Assembly (NCBI GenBank): GCA_036143955.1 | Contig: JAYYLR010000055.1 | Span: 1 to 57,571 of the forward strand | Length of the DNA: 57,571 bases | Direction of reading: 5' to 3' | DNA from: Pseudomonadota bacterium | GTDB taxonomy: Bacteria; Pseudomonadota; Alphaproteobacteria; Puniceispirillales; Puniceispirillaceae | Shown: positions 1 to 8,839 of the stretch, in pieces | How the letters are laid out: the number at the start of each line of letters is the position of its first letter | Numbering within the stretch: position 1 is the first letter of the stretch | Notes under the pieces: generated by a model | Database searches by the model: none | What the model was told of the DNA's origin: nothing | Seen by the model: only the letters and a program-made list of their open reading frames with translations | Made by a program: the position numbers and the translations under genes

Positions 1-534
1 AAACGGACAACACCTATTGGTGAAAATCTTGTAGTTTCTCCGGCGGACGGCCGGGTGTTGTCAACAGGTGAAGCTGATTTGCCGGACGATTTGCCGCTGC
101 CAAAGGGAAAATGGCGCCGAATTTCGATTTTCATGAATGTATTCGATGTTCATGTTAATCGAGCGCCAGTAGCCGGGAAGGTCATCGCGACACCCTATCA
201 TAAGGGGGTATTCCTGAATGCTAGCCTTAATAAGGCATCAGAAAATAATGAACGTCAGAACATGGTTCTCGAAATGGCGGATGGCCAGCAAATTGGTGTG
301 GTTCAAATTGCGGGCCTGGTGGCGCGGCGTATTCTTCTCGAGGCCGGTGTGGGTGACCGGCTGGCGATTGGCCAGCAGTTCGGGATTATCCGTTTTGGAA
401 GCCGGGTCGATCTCTGGATACCGGCGTCGACACCTGTGCTGGTGATGCCAGGTCAGCGGACGGTCGCTGGCGAGACGGTTATTGCAGACCTGTCCGGCGC
501 ACTTGCGGAGCCGGGCGATTCGAGGCAGAGCTGA
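1..534 (+). CDS. psd: Phosphatidylserine decarboxylase proenzyme (5'-truncated by window edge)
   Basis: Frame open from base 1 (KRTTPIGENLVVSPADGRV). Contains SIFMNVFDVHVNRAP and the FGSRVD self-cleavage motif; pssA follows. Confidence 0.95.
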   Translation, partial: KRTTPIGENLVVSPADGRVLSTGEADLPDDLPLPKGKWRRISIFMNVFDVHVNRAPVAGKVIATPYHKGVFLNASLNKASENNERQNMVLEMADGQQIGVVQIAGLVARRILLEAGVGDRLAIGQQFGIIRFGSRVDLWIPASTPVLVMPGQRTVAGETVIADLSGALAEPGDSRQS

Positions 535-1286
535 TGGATCCTGCTTCGCGACGACGCCGCCATTTTCGAACCGTTTCGATTTTCTGGCTGTTACCAAACG
601 TTTTGACGGTGGCAGGCCTCATCACAGGGCTGACAGCACTTCGGTTCGCACTTGCCGGAAAATGGCCAACAGTGATCGGTCTGATTGCACTTGCGGCGGT
701 CTTTGACGCCCTTGACGGTCGCATGGCGCGCCGCTTCAAGACCAGTTCCGCCTTCGGTGCGGCGCTTGACAGCCTCAGCGATCTTGTCGTGTTCGGTGTC
801 GTTCCCGCCCTATGTCTTTATCTCTGGGCGCTGCAGGATTCGGGGAATCTCGCCTGGTGGGCAACAATGTTCTATGCGGTATCGATCGCCTTGAGACTGG
901 CACGGTTCGATTCCGAGATTCGCGATCCGGCTGAGGAGTCGAAGAACTATTTCACAGGGGTGCCGGCGCCGGCTGCGGCATTCCTTGTGCTGGTTCCGAT
1001 TGCGGTCGATCTCGAGTTCGGAATCGCATGGGCCCGTGAGGCGGCCTATGTGTGCGGCTGGCTGGTCGCCATGGGCTGTCTGGCGGTTTCAGCTGTTCCA
1101 ACCTTTGCCGGCAAGGGTGTCAAACTTCCAGTTGGCGCCGTTTTGCCGGTCATGGCGGGTGGCTCGATCCTGATTGCCGGCGTCTTCATGCAGCCTTGGA
1201 TCACCTACATGGTTCTGGCGCTTGTGTATGTATCGACCATCCCCCTGTCTATACTACGATTCTACCGCCATCCCTCTCAGGACTGA
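534..1286 (+). CDS. pssA: CDP-diacylglycerol--serine O-phosphatidyltransferase
   Basis: CDP-alcohol phosphotransferase motif DALDGRMARR...GAALDSLSD; TGATG coupling with psd. Confidence 0.93.
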   Translation: MDPASRRRRHFRTVSIFWLLPNVLTVAGLITGLTALRFALAGKWPTVIGLIALAAVFDALDGRMARRFKTSSAFGAALDSLSDLVVFGVVPALCLYLWALQDSGNLAWWATMFYAVSIALRLARFDSEIRDPAEESKNYFTGVPAPAAAFLVLVPIAVDLEFGIAWAREAAYVCGWLVAMGCLAVSAVPTFAGKGVKLPVGAVLPVMAGGSILIAGVFMQPWITYMVLALVYVSTIPLSILRFYRHPSQD

Positions 1287-1289
1287 CAA

Positions 1290-2225
1290 TCATGCCTCGC
1301 CAGAATCGCGGGTCGCCACCACATGTTCGCGGTGGAACAGATAAAGACCGCTGAGAACGATGACTCCGACACCAAGAACCGTGCTCTTGGCGGGGACGTC
1401 CGAAAATACGAGATAGCCGAGAGCCGTCGCACCGATGATCTCAACATACTGGAATGGCGCCAGCAGGTTCGCTGGTGCCTTTTCAGCAGCGAAGACAATG
1501 AATGCGTGTCCCAACGTCGCTGCGATTCCCATGCCGACAACCCACATCACCTCGCGCTCTGTCAGCATCGACATGGTGGCGCCAGATATTGAAAACACCG
1601 TGCCGGCGAGCACGACCAGCCCAAGTCCGATCATCGCAGCCACGCTTCCAAGGAACTGCATCTGATAGGGATTAACGTCGCTTGTCAGCTTGCGCGTCAA
1701 AACCATGTAGAGCGCCATGGATAGGGCTGAGCCGAGTGGCAGGACCGCTGGCCAGCCGAAAATCAGGATGGTTGGTTGGACTATGATGAGCGTCCCGACC
1801 AGGCCGACGACAATTGCGCCGATTCGCCGCGCGCGAAGGCGTTCGCCAAGCATGAATGCCGACAGCATGGTCAGGATCATTGGCTGGGCGAAGAAGATGG
1901 CAATAGCCTCGGCCATGGGAAGGTGCTTCAGCGCCGCGAAGAAGAAAACTGTCGCCATTGCCAGAAGCAGGCCGCGGATTGCCTGCAGCAAAAGGGTTCC
2001 GGACGGGACCGGCCAGAGCCTAAGCGTGATCACGAAGGGCAGCATGAGTGCCGATTGCATGAAGAAGCGCCAGAATGTGATTTCGAACGGCCCGTGTGTC
2101 GCGCCGAGAAGTTTCGCAAAGACGTCAAGAAACGGTATGATCAGCATGCCGGCACACATTTGAAGCGCACCAATGGTCTGACGTGATTGCACAGAAGTAG
2201 CCGGTCTCATGGCCGCATCCTGCAT
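1290..2225 (-). CDS. DMT/EamA-family transporter
   Basis: About 10 hydrophobic segments, two EamA-like repeats (LPMAEAIAIFF..LGERL; LLAPFQYVEII). Start uncertain (2225 or 2210). Confidence 0.85.
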   Translation of the reverse strand: MQDAAMRPATSVQSRQTIGALQMCAGMLIIPFLDVFAKLLGATHGPFEITFWRFFMQSALMLPFVITLRLWPVPSGTLLLQAIRGLLLAMATVFFFAALKHLPMAEAIAIFFAQPMILTMLSAFMLGERLRARRIGAIVVGLVGTLIIVQPTILIFGWPAVLPLGSALSMALYMVLTRKLTSDVNPYQMQFLGSVAAMIGLGLVVLAGTVFSISGATMSMLTEREVMWVVGMGIAATLGHAFIVFAAEKAPANLLAPFQYVEIIGATALGYLVFSDVPAKSTVLGVGVIVLSGLYLFHREHVVATRDSGEA

Positions 2226-2379
2226 GCTGTCCTGCCGCCCGGTCAATCACTCTGACTGGCCTCTCAGGAAACGGCCGACATCACCAGCGTATGGTTGAAG
2301 TTTGGTAGCTTAGAGGGCAAGATGAGCGCCTGGAAACCGACACAGTTACTGCGGCTTTGCCGACCTCGACGGAATAGAT

Positions 2380-2796
2380 ATGCCTAGGGACATCCTTGAA
2401 AAATGCCTTGCCGGCGGCATTCGAATGACCAGCCAGCGCCAGGTTATCGTTAGCGTCATTGGCGAGTCCGAGGATCATCCGGATGTCGACGAGCTTTACC
2501 GTCGTGCCGTTGATGAAGACAGCACGATTTCGATTGCCACCGTCTACCGTACGGTAAAGCTTCTTGAAGAGGCCGGTGTCATCGACAGGCTTGAATTCGG
2601 CGACGGGCGGTCCCGATATGAGGAGTCAGGTGAACACCACGAGCATCTCGTGGATGTGGAGACGGGTGAAGTGATTGAGTTCTATCACGCTGAGCTCGAA
2701 GCCCTGAAAGTGCAGATTGCGCAAGAGATGGGGTATGAACTTGTCGACCACAGGCTGGAACTGTTCGGCCGAAAGCTGACGTCTGAGAAGAGCTGA
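2380..2796 (+). CDS. fur: Fur-family metalloregulator (alphaproteobacterial Fur/Mur type)
   Basis: RMTSQR, HPDVDELY, SIATVYRTVKLLEEAG, HHEHLVD motifs; no CxxC, as usual for this subfamily. Confidence 0.9.
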   Translation: MPRDILEKCLAGGIRMTSQRQVIVSVIGESEDHPDVDELYRRAVDEDSTISIATVYRTVKLLEEAGVIDRLEFGDGRSRYEESGEHHEHLVDVETGEVIEFYHAELEALKVQIAQEMGYELVDHRLELFGRKLTSEKS

Positions 2797-2878
2797 CCCT
2801 TTGCCCGTGTTTCTTCTCCTTGCCCTGCCGAAGACTCTGCATTTCTCGGCCTGAACGGCATCTTGAGTTCCGGCCGAC

Positions 2879-4075
2879 ATGCTGACACCAAACCAAAATC
2901 GTAATGTGGTCAGGCTTGCTGTGGCGCAGGCGCTGTCGATGACGTCGATGAACGTCAACATTATCAACACGGCGCTTGTCGGTGTGATGCTTGCCCCCAT
3001 GGCCTGGCTTGCGACATTGCCCCTGTCGCTGCAGTTTCTGACCTCGATGATGGTAACGCTGCCGGCCTCGCTCTTGATGTCGCGCTACGGACGCCGGCCG
3101 ATTCTCATCGCAGGTGTTCTCTGCAGCAGCCTTTCGACCCTCTGCCTCGGTGTTGCCGTGGTGATTTCCAACTTCCCGCTCTTCTGTGCCGGTGGCATGG
3201 GGCTTGGAGCGGCAATGGGAATTGCCGGATATTACCGCTATGCGGCGGCAGACGGCGTTCTCGAAGACCAGCGACCAAAGGCGATATCCTATGTTTTGGC
3301 TGGTGGCCTCGCCGCCGCCATACTGGGACCAGAGATCGCAAGGCGCACCGTCGATGTGGTGCCGGATTTCCTTTACGCCGGTTGCTTTTTTACCGTGGCC
3401 GTCGTGCAGCTTGCATCCCTCATCGCGCTATGGGGGATCAGGATCGAAAAGCCGCGCCGCACGCCAACCGGCGGGCGCCCGATAGGGGTCTTCCTTCGCA
3501 TGCCGGTGTTTGTTGTCGGGGTGACCTGCTGTGCAATCGGCTATGCGCTGATGAGTTATCTGATGACAGCGACGCCGCTCCAGGTGGTCAATGTCGCAAA
3601 GCTCGGAACGTCGGCGAACGCCACAATTATCCAGTGGCATGTCGTTGCGATGTTTTTGCCATCCTTCTTCACCGGACATATTATCGCCAGGCTCGGGGCA
3701 TTCCGGGTGTTGTGGACAGGTGTTCTATTTTACGGCACGACGATATTCCTCGCCGTGAGCGCTTCCGGATTCTGGGGCTACTGGCTGGCGCTTGCGACGC
3801 TTGGGCTTGGCTGGAATTTTCTGTTCATTGGCGGCACCTCTCTCGTCGCCCGTGTAGCGGAACCGGAAGAGAGGGGGCGAGTTCAGGGGCTGGCCGATCT
3901 GGTGACAATGACAACTGTGGCCGCGGCATCCCTTTCAGCCGGTGCGATCCACAGCCAGCTCGGCTGGCAGGCAGTAAGCCTTGCCGCCCTTGGTCCGGTT
4001 CTGATCGTGAGCATGTCGCTGATCTGGCTGGGCCTGTCGTCCCAGAAGCAGATCATGGGCAGCCAAGGCCGCTGA
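2879..4075 (+). CDS. MFS transporter
   Basis: About 12 TM segments, MFS motif-A-like SRYGRR; WHVVAMFLPSFFTG motif. Confidence 0.85.
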   Translation: MLTPNQNRNVVRLAVAQALSMTSMNVNIINTALVGVMLAPMAWLATLPLSLQFLTSMMVTLPASLLMSRYGRRPILIAGVLCSSLSTLCLGVAVVISNFPLFCAGGMGLGAAMGIAGYYRYAAADGVLEDQRPKAISYVLAGGLAAAILGPEIARRTVDVVPDFLYAGCFFTVAVVQLASLIALWGIRIEKPRRTPTGGRPIGVFLRMPVFVVGVTCCAIGYALMSYLMTATPLQVVNVAKLGTSANATIIQWHVVAMFLPSFFTGHIIARLGAFRVLWTGVLFYGTTIFLAVSASGFWGYWLALATLGLGWNFLFIGGTSLVARVAEPEERGRVQGLADLVTMTTVAAASLSAGAIHSQLGWQAVSLAALGPVLIVSMSLIWLGLSSQKQIMGSQGR

Positions 4076-4091
4076 AGCTTTTGTGATGCGG

Positions 4092-5123
4092 TTAGCCGCC
4101 GGTAACACTCATATGGCGGCTCACGGCAGGGTCGCTGTGGCGCCGGTCAATGATGAAGTCATGGCCTTTGGGCTTGCGTCCGATGGCTTCGGCAATGGCG
4201 TCATCAAGCGCTGATTCGCCGCCTTCGCGAAGCGCCTTCCGAAGGTCGGCATTGTCATCCTGTCCAAGACACATATAGAGCTGGCCAGTGCAGGTCACGC
4301 GAACACGATTGCAGCTTTCGCAGAAATTATGCGTCAGCGGGGTAATGAAGCCGAGCTTTTGGCCGGTCTCCTCGACCTTCACATAGCGCGCCGGCCCACC
4401 AGTACGGAAAGGGATGTCGGTCAGGGTGAAGCGCTTCGAAAGGTCGGCACGAACGCGAGAGAGCGGCAGATACTGGTCGAGCCTGTTTTCAGACCCGATA
4501 TCGCCCATCGGCATGACCTCGATGATTGTCATGTCGAAACCCTCGCTGCCGCACCATGCCAGCATGTCGGCAAGATCGCCGTCATTGTCGCCCTTAAGGG
4601 CAACAGCGTTGATCTTGACACCAAGACCGGCCGACTGTGCTGCGCGAAGTCCGGCAAGAACCTTGTCAAGGTTGCCCCATCTCGTGATGCGGTTGAACTT
4701 TTCAGGGTCCAGGGTATCCAGTGAGATGTTGACGCGTCTGACCCCGGCGTCAAACAGATCGTCGGCCATCTTTTCAAGCTGTGTGCCGTTGGTGGTGATC
4801 GTCAGTTCGTCGAGGCCACCGGCCTTCACCTCAGCACCAAGATTGCGGATTAGCTGCATGATGTTGCGTCTGACGAGCGGTTCGCCGCCGGTCAGGCGAA
4901 TTTTGCGGACACCGGCCGCCATGAAACGCCGGCAGAGGGTTTCGAGTTCCTCAAGTGTCAGCAATTCGGCCTTTGGGAGGAAGGTCATTTCCTCGGCCAT
5001 ACAGTAAACGCAGCGAAGATCACAGCGATCAGTGACCGAAACACGGAGGTAATCAACCGTCCGGCCGTAAGGGTCGATCAGACGATTGTCTGTCGATATC
5101 GGTTTGTCGTCAGTCAACGGCAT
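4092..5123 (-). CDS. moaA: GTP 3',8-cyclase (molybdenum cofactor biosynthesis)
   Basis: Radical [18 protein letters not shown]-terminal [10 protein letters not shown] cluster and terminal GG; start chosen at ATG 5123 after GGGGAG. Confidence 0.96.
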   Translation of the reverse strand: MPLTDDKPISTDNRLIDPYGRTVDYLRVSVTDRCDLRCVYCMAEEMTFLPKAELLTLEELETLCRRFMAAGVRKIRLTGGEPLVRRNIMQLIRNLGAEVKAGGLDELTITTNGTQLEKMADDLFDAGVRRVNISLDTLDPEKFNRITRWGNLDKVLAGLRAAQSAGLGVKINAVALKGDNDGDLADMLAWCGSEGFDMTIIEVMPMGDIGSENRLDQYLPLSRVRADLSKRFTLTDIPFRTGGPARYVKVEETGQKLGFITPLTHNFCESCNRVRVTCTGQLYMCLGQDDNADLRKALREGGESALDDAIAEAIGRKPKGHDFIIDRRHSDPAVSRHMSVTGG

Positions 5124-5156
5124 GCCACCACGTCTCCCCCAGCTGTGACAATCCAT

Positions 5157-5186
5157 ATGCTACGACGCTGTTTTCCAGCTTGGCAA
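5157..5186 (-). promoter_or_regulatory. Putative sigma70 promoter of moaA
   Basis: Minus strand TTGCCA-N18-TAGCAT. Confidence 0.45.
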
Positions 5187-5225
5187 GGAACGACACGTCG
5201 CACCCCTGACGGGCGGCGGGATGAC

Positions 5226-5255
5226 AAAAAAAAGGCCGTGAGACTTCTCACGGCC
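5226..5255 (-). terminator. Rho-independent terminator of the sRNA
   Basis: Perfect 9-bp GC-rich stem, 4-nt loop, 8 U. Confidence 0.9.
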
Positions 5256-5293
5256 GAGTTTAGGGAGGAAACGCACGACGGGTGCGTCGTGCA
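5226..5293 (-). ncRNA. MmgR/SuhB (alpha-r8)-type small regulatory RNA
   Basis: 5' hairpin GCACGACG-CACC-CGUCGUGC, then the single-stranded decamer UUUCCUCCCU (5271-5262), then terminator GGCCGUGAG-AAGU-CUCACGGCC-U8; promoter directly upstream. Confidence 0.8.
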
Positions 5294-5298
5294 ACGCG

Positions 5299-5327
5299 TA
5301 TATGCGCCTCTGGAATCGCCCCGTCAA
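5299..5327 (-). promoter_or_regulatory. sigma70-type promoter of the sRNA
   Basis: TTGACG(5327-5322)-N17-CATATA(5304-5299), start about 5292. Confidence 0.65.
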
Positions 5328-5430
5328 CCCCGTCAGAACGCTTTTTGACAAAATTATTTGAATGAACAACTTTATTAAAAAACCAGAAAAATCATTTAGT
5401 TAAAACTGAAAAATACCAAACCACCTCTGT

Positions 5431-6249
5431 TCAGGTTGGCAGGGATGGCATTTGGGAAAAAATATCTGTCGGATCGAGGCCATCCGCTCGCAGCTTGCTG
5501 ATGCTGACGGCGTCATCTCGCTTGGCGAGGCGATTGCCAGTTTCGTCGCGGACGAGATCATGATGGAAATATTCTGGCGTTGGGAGGTCGAGAAGCGCCT
5601 GCAACAGTCTATGGACATGGGTGCTTGCTTCAAGGTCGACGCCGCGGGTTACAAGCGAGATGCCGTCAAGGGCGTCATCAATCACCACTGACAGGTGATA
5701 GGAGGTGCCAATGTCGCGCCGCGCGACAACGACATCGCCGTGCTGCGTCATGTCGATGGATCGGTCCATTCCGTTGCGCCGATCATACCAGACCAAGGTT
5801 CCTGTTTCCTTCAGGGCCATTTCGGTGCGTAGGCGCCATGCCGGCGTTCTGCCTGCATCGGCGCGGCGCTGCTTCTCGTCATCGGGCAGGGCACGGTCCG
5901 TTGCGACAGGGGCTTCCTGCGGTGCCGTCAGCACCTCGGCAAGCTCCGTCCTTGTCAGGAAGCAGGGATAGACGAGATCGCGTTCCCTCAGCCTTCCCAG
6001 AGCCGTGTTGTAGGCTTCAAGGCGATGGCTCTGGAACACCGGGTCACCCCGCCAAGGCAATCCCAAGAAGTCCAGGTCAAGGCAGATCCGGTCGACATAT
6101 TCCGTTCGGCACCTCGTGTGGTCGATATCGTCGATCCGCAGCAGGTAGCCATCGCCGAAATGTGACGCAATCATCGCAGAATAAGCGTGACCGACATGAA
6201 GCAGCCCTGTCGGGCTTGGTGCAAATCGTGTGGTGGCGTGTTTGGTCAC
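5431..6249 (-). CDS. gluQ: Glutamyl-Q tRNA(Asp) synthetase
   Basis: TRFAPSPTGLLHVGH, LRIDDID, YHLSVVIDD, RLAKRD; catalytic domain only; GTG start at 6249 inferred. Confidence 0.88.
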   Translation of the reverse strand: MTKHATTRFAPSPTGLLHVGHAYSAMIASHFGDGYLLRIDDIDHTRCRTEYVDRICLDLDFLGLPWRGDPVFQSHRLEAYNTALGRLRERDLVYPCFLTRTELAEVLTAPQEAPVATDRALPDDEKQRRADAGRTPAWRLRTEMALKETGTLVWYDRRNGMDRSIDMTQHGDVVVARRDIGTSYHLSVVIDDALDGISLVTRGVDLEASTHVHRLLQALLDLPTPEYFHHDLVRDETGNRLAKRDDAVSISKLRADGLDPTDIFSQMPSLPT

Positions 6250-6373
6250 GAAGATGTGTCCCTTGTCGGCTTGAGACGGACTTGGCATTTCAGCCGACTC
6301 GCAATATAGACCAGCCGAACGCACCCGTTGTACCCTTTAGATACCGAACGGCGTGCCGGGAAAGGGCTGAACG

Positions 6374-7021
6374 ATGATGAAGACTTTTGGCGATCTGACA
6401 GGTCATTTCAACGCCCCGGCGAGGGGTGGTGCTGCCTCCAGTCTTATTGTGGTCATGCACGGCTGGGGGGCCGATGCCGATGATCTGGCCGATCTGGCCT
6501 ATCCGATGTCGTTGCGGTTCCCCGGGGCGGCCTTCTTTGTTCCCAATGCTCCCGATCCCTGTTCGATGAATCCTGCCGGACGGCAATGGTTCGATCTTGC
6601 CGATACCGCGGACGGTCCTGTCGGCGCAGGCTCGATCATCGAAACGGCCGTGCTTGCCGCGGCTGCGGAGCTCGGGATCGGGATGGACGCCGTGGCCCTT
6701 ACAGGTTTTTCGCAGGGAGGCATGATGAGCCTTCATTGTGGACTCTGTATGTCTTCCAGGCCACGGGCCGTTGTGAGTTTTTCAGGCGCGCTTCTTCGGA
6801 CCGACGAGATGCCAACGCCTGAAACTTCGCCAGCGGTGATGCTTATCCACGGTACTGAAGACCAGGTGGTGCCTTTCCAGATGATGCAGGCGGCGGCCGA
6901 GTTGCTGGCTAAACATGGTATTGACGCCACATGTGTGGCACGCCCCGGACTGGGGCATGGCATTGACCCTGACGCTTTGACGAAGGCAATCGATTTTCTT
7001 GCCGAGCATCTGCCAGACTAG
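6374..7021 (+). CDS. Phospholipase/carboxylesterase (alpha/beta hydrolase)
   Basis: HGWG, GFSQG nucleophile elbow, HGTEDQVVP, GHGI triad. Confidence 0.9.
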   Translation: MMKTFGDLTGHFNAPARGGAASSLIVVMHGWGADADDLADLAYPMSLRFPGAAFFVPNAPDPCSMNPAGRQWFDLADTADGPVGAGSIIETAVLAAAAELGIGMDAVALTGFSQGGMMSLHCGLCMSSRPRAVVSFSGALLRTDEMPTPETSPAVMLIHGTEDQVVPFQMMQAAAELLAKHGIDATCVARPGLGHGIDPDALTKAIDFLAEHLPD

Positions 7022-7163
7022 ACGAGCCTTTCGGTCATGTGTCACTTCGCCGCAATATTTTGAGGTCACGGTTCTAGCGCACCCAAGATGTAGTGAAGGG
7101 CTTGTCATCGTCCCTTCACCATGTTTTGATTCCAATGGCTGATGGTTGAAACACGCGGGGAAC

Positions 7164-7727
7164 ATGATGAACGCAGGCAGTTATGCACCGGCACTTGTCC
7201 TGAACGCAGATTTTCGCCCGCTGAATTATTTTCCCCTGTCCCTCTGGTCATGGCAGGACGCGGTCAAGGCGGTGTGCCTCGACCGGGTGACGATCGTCTC
7301 GGAATATGATTATTCAATCAGCTCACCATCGATGGAAATGAAACTTCCCTCGGTGATCGCGCTGAAGGAATATGTGCCTCAGGTCCGAAACCCTGCCTTC
7401 ACCCGATTCAACGTGTTCCTTCGCGACAGATTCACCTGCCAGTATTGCGGGACCGGTCACGCCGCCGCCGATCTGACATTCGATCATGTCGTTCCGCGCT
7501 CACGGGGTGGTCGCACGACCTGGCAGAATGTCGTGGCGGCCTGCAGTCCCTGCAATCTGCGCAAGGCCAACCTGCTTCCGGAGCAATGCGGGATGTCGCC
7601 CCTGTCAAAGCCTGTGGCGCCGAATATATGGCAGTTGCAGGAAAACGGGCGGGGATTTCCGCCAAACTATCTTCACGAATCCTGGCGCGACTATCTTTAC
7701 TGGGATACCGAACTCCAGCAGACCTGA
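7164..7727 (+). CDS. HNH endonuclease (McrA-like, with N-terminal LVLN..F.PL segment)
   Basis: RDRFTCQYCG..LTFDHVVPRSRGG...NVVAACSPCNLRK. Confidence 0.9.
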   Translation: MMNAGSYAPALVLNADFRPLNYFPLSLWSWQDAVKAVCLDRVTIVSEYDYSISSPSMEMKLPSVIALKEYVPQVRNPAFTRFNVFLRDRFTCQYCGTGHAAADLTFDHVVPRSRGGRTTWQNVVAACSPCNLRKANLLPEQCGMSPLSKPVAPNIWQLQENGRGFPPNYLHESWRDYLYWDTELQQT

Positions 7728-7742
7728 CACGGGCCTTTGGTT

Positions 7743-8279
7743 TCAGACGCGTTCGGCGATCCTGATGGCTGTCCGGCAGCCCTGCTGAATGACAGTTTTC
7801 AACGCCGCATAGAACATCGCCTCGCGTCCACGATGCTCGACAGCAATGTCGCGATGCTCGAGCTCATCGTCACGGAATTTCGAGATGGTGCCGCGCAGTT
7901 CCGCTTCGTCGTCACCAAGCCGGTCAGCCTGATCGGCGTAATGCTCACCGATCACTTCCTCGACAGCGATGGTGCACGCCATGGCCGCCTTGGGCCCCAT
8001 CGCGGCGGTCACCGCGCCAAGCGCAAATCCGGCTGCACCCCACACCGGGTCCAGCAGGGACGGACGCACGCGCCTTTCGTTCAGCAAATTCTCGAATGCC
8101 TCGAGATGCTCGACTTCCTGTTCCATCATATGTTGGATTTCGGGCCCGGACGCGTGGTTGCGGAGGATGGCCAGCTGGCCACGGTAGATCTGCTGGGCGG
8201 CTCTCTCGCCAGCGTGATCGACACGCAGGAATCTCTCGATGTCGCGCCGCCCGGCGCCAGGTCTTGAAAGCTCGGTCAT
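7743..8279 (-). CDS. coq7: Demethoxyubiquinone hydroxylase Coq7 (di-iron)
   Basis: LRVDHAGE, EVEH, AVEEVIGEHY, DELEH; ATGA overlap with the upstream gene. Confidence 0.92.
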   Translation of the reverse strand: MTELSRPGAGRRDIERFLRVDHAGERAAQQIYRGQLAILRNHASGPEIQHMMEQEVEHLEAFENLLNERRVRPSLLDPVWGAAGFALGAVTAAMGPKAAMACTIAVEEVIGEHYADQADRLGDDEAELRGTISKFRDDELEHRDIAVEHRGREAMFYAALKTVIQQGCRTAIRIAERV

Positions 8280-8839
8280 GTCGGTCTCGTCACTCGCCCA
8301 CCGAAAAAGAAAGCAAGAAGCGCAACCCCTGCAATATCGAGGCTGAGCAACGCATTCCACCCTGCCATCGACAGCCCGAACAGGGACCATGGCACGTCGT
8401 CGCATCGTACCACCGGTGTTGCGAGAAGCTGATCAACCAGGTCTGCGGCGCCGATGCCCGCGGCTAGATTGGCCGTGCATCCGGCCGGACCTTCCCAAAG
8501 CTGCCACTCGACACCGGCGTGGTAGCCGGCAATGCCGAAACTCGCCAGCGCCGCCGCCGCCGGCAGGAGAAGGGCCGCTCGCGACGGCAGCATCAGCAGT
8601 CCGATCACCGCTGCCAGGATGATTGCCGCGTGTGCCCATCTCTGCCAGATGCACAGGCTGCAGGGCGCCATGCCGCCGACATATTCAAAGAGAAACGCGC
8701 CGATAAGAAGGGCTGTCGATACCGCGGCGCAGGCCAGCAGACCGTGGCGAGGCGCCAGAATGACGGACAGTTCTTGTTGCAGCTGGGAAGGAGGTTTCCT
8801 GTTTAGTTGATGAGCCAAAATGCGCCTCCAACAAGACAT
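8276..8839 (-). CDS. dsbB: Disulfide bond formation protein B
   Basis: PCSLCIWQR, YHAGVEW..W.GPAGC, VVRCDDVPW.LFGLSMAGWN; start codon uncertain. Confidence 0.85.
   Translation of the reverse strand: MSCWRRILAHQLNRKPPSQLQQELSVILAPRHGLLACAAVSTALLIGAFLFEYVGGMAPCSLCIWQRWAHAAIILAAVIGLLMLPSRAALLLPAAAALASFGIAGYHAGVEWQLWEGPAGCTANLAAGIGAADLVDQLLATPVVRCDDVPWSLFGLSMAGWNALLSLDIAGVALLAFFFGGRVTRPT

Noticed and set aside
5124-5330. Possible Moco riboswitch upstream of moaA
   Set aside because: The structure is a two-hairpin unit with a fixed terminator and the MmgR/SuhB decamer, and moaA has its own candidate promoter downstream. No multi-stem Moco aptamer is evident.
7022-7760. HNH gene as an active mobile element, restriction system or Cas protein
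   Set aside because: No terminal repeats, transposase, methylase, RuvC motifs or repeat array; composition matches the host.
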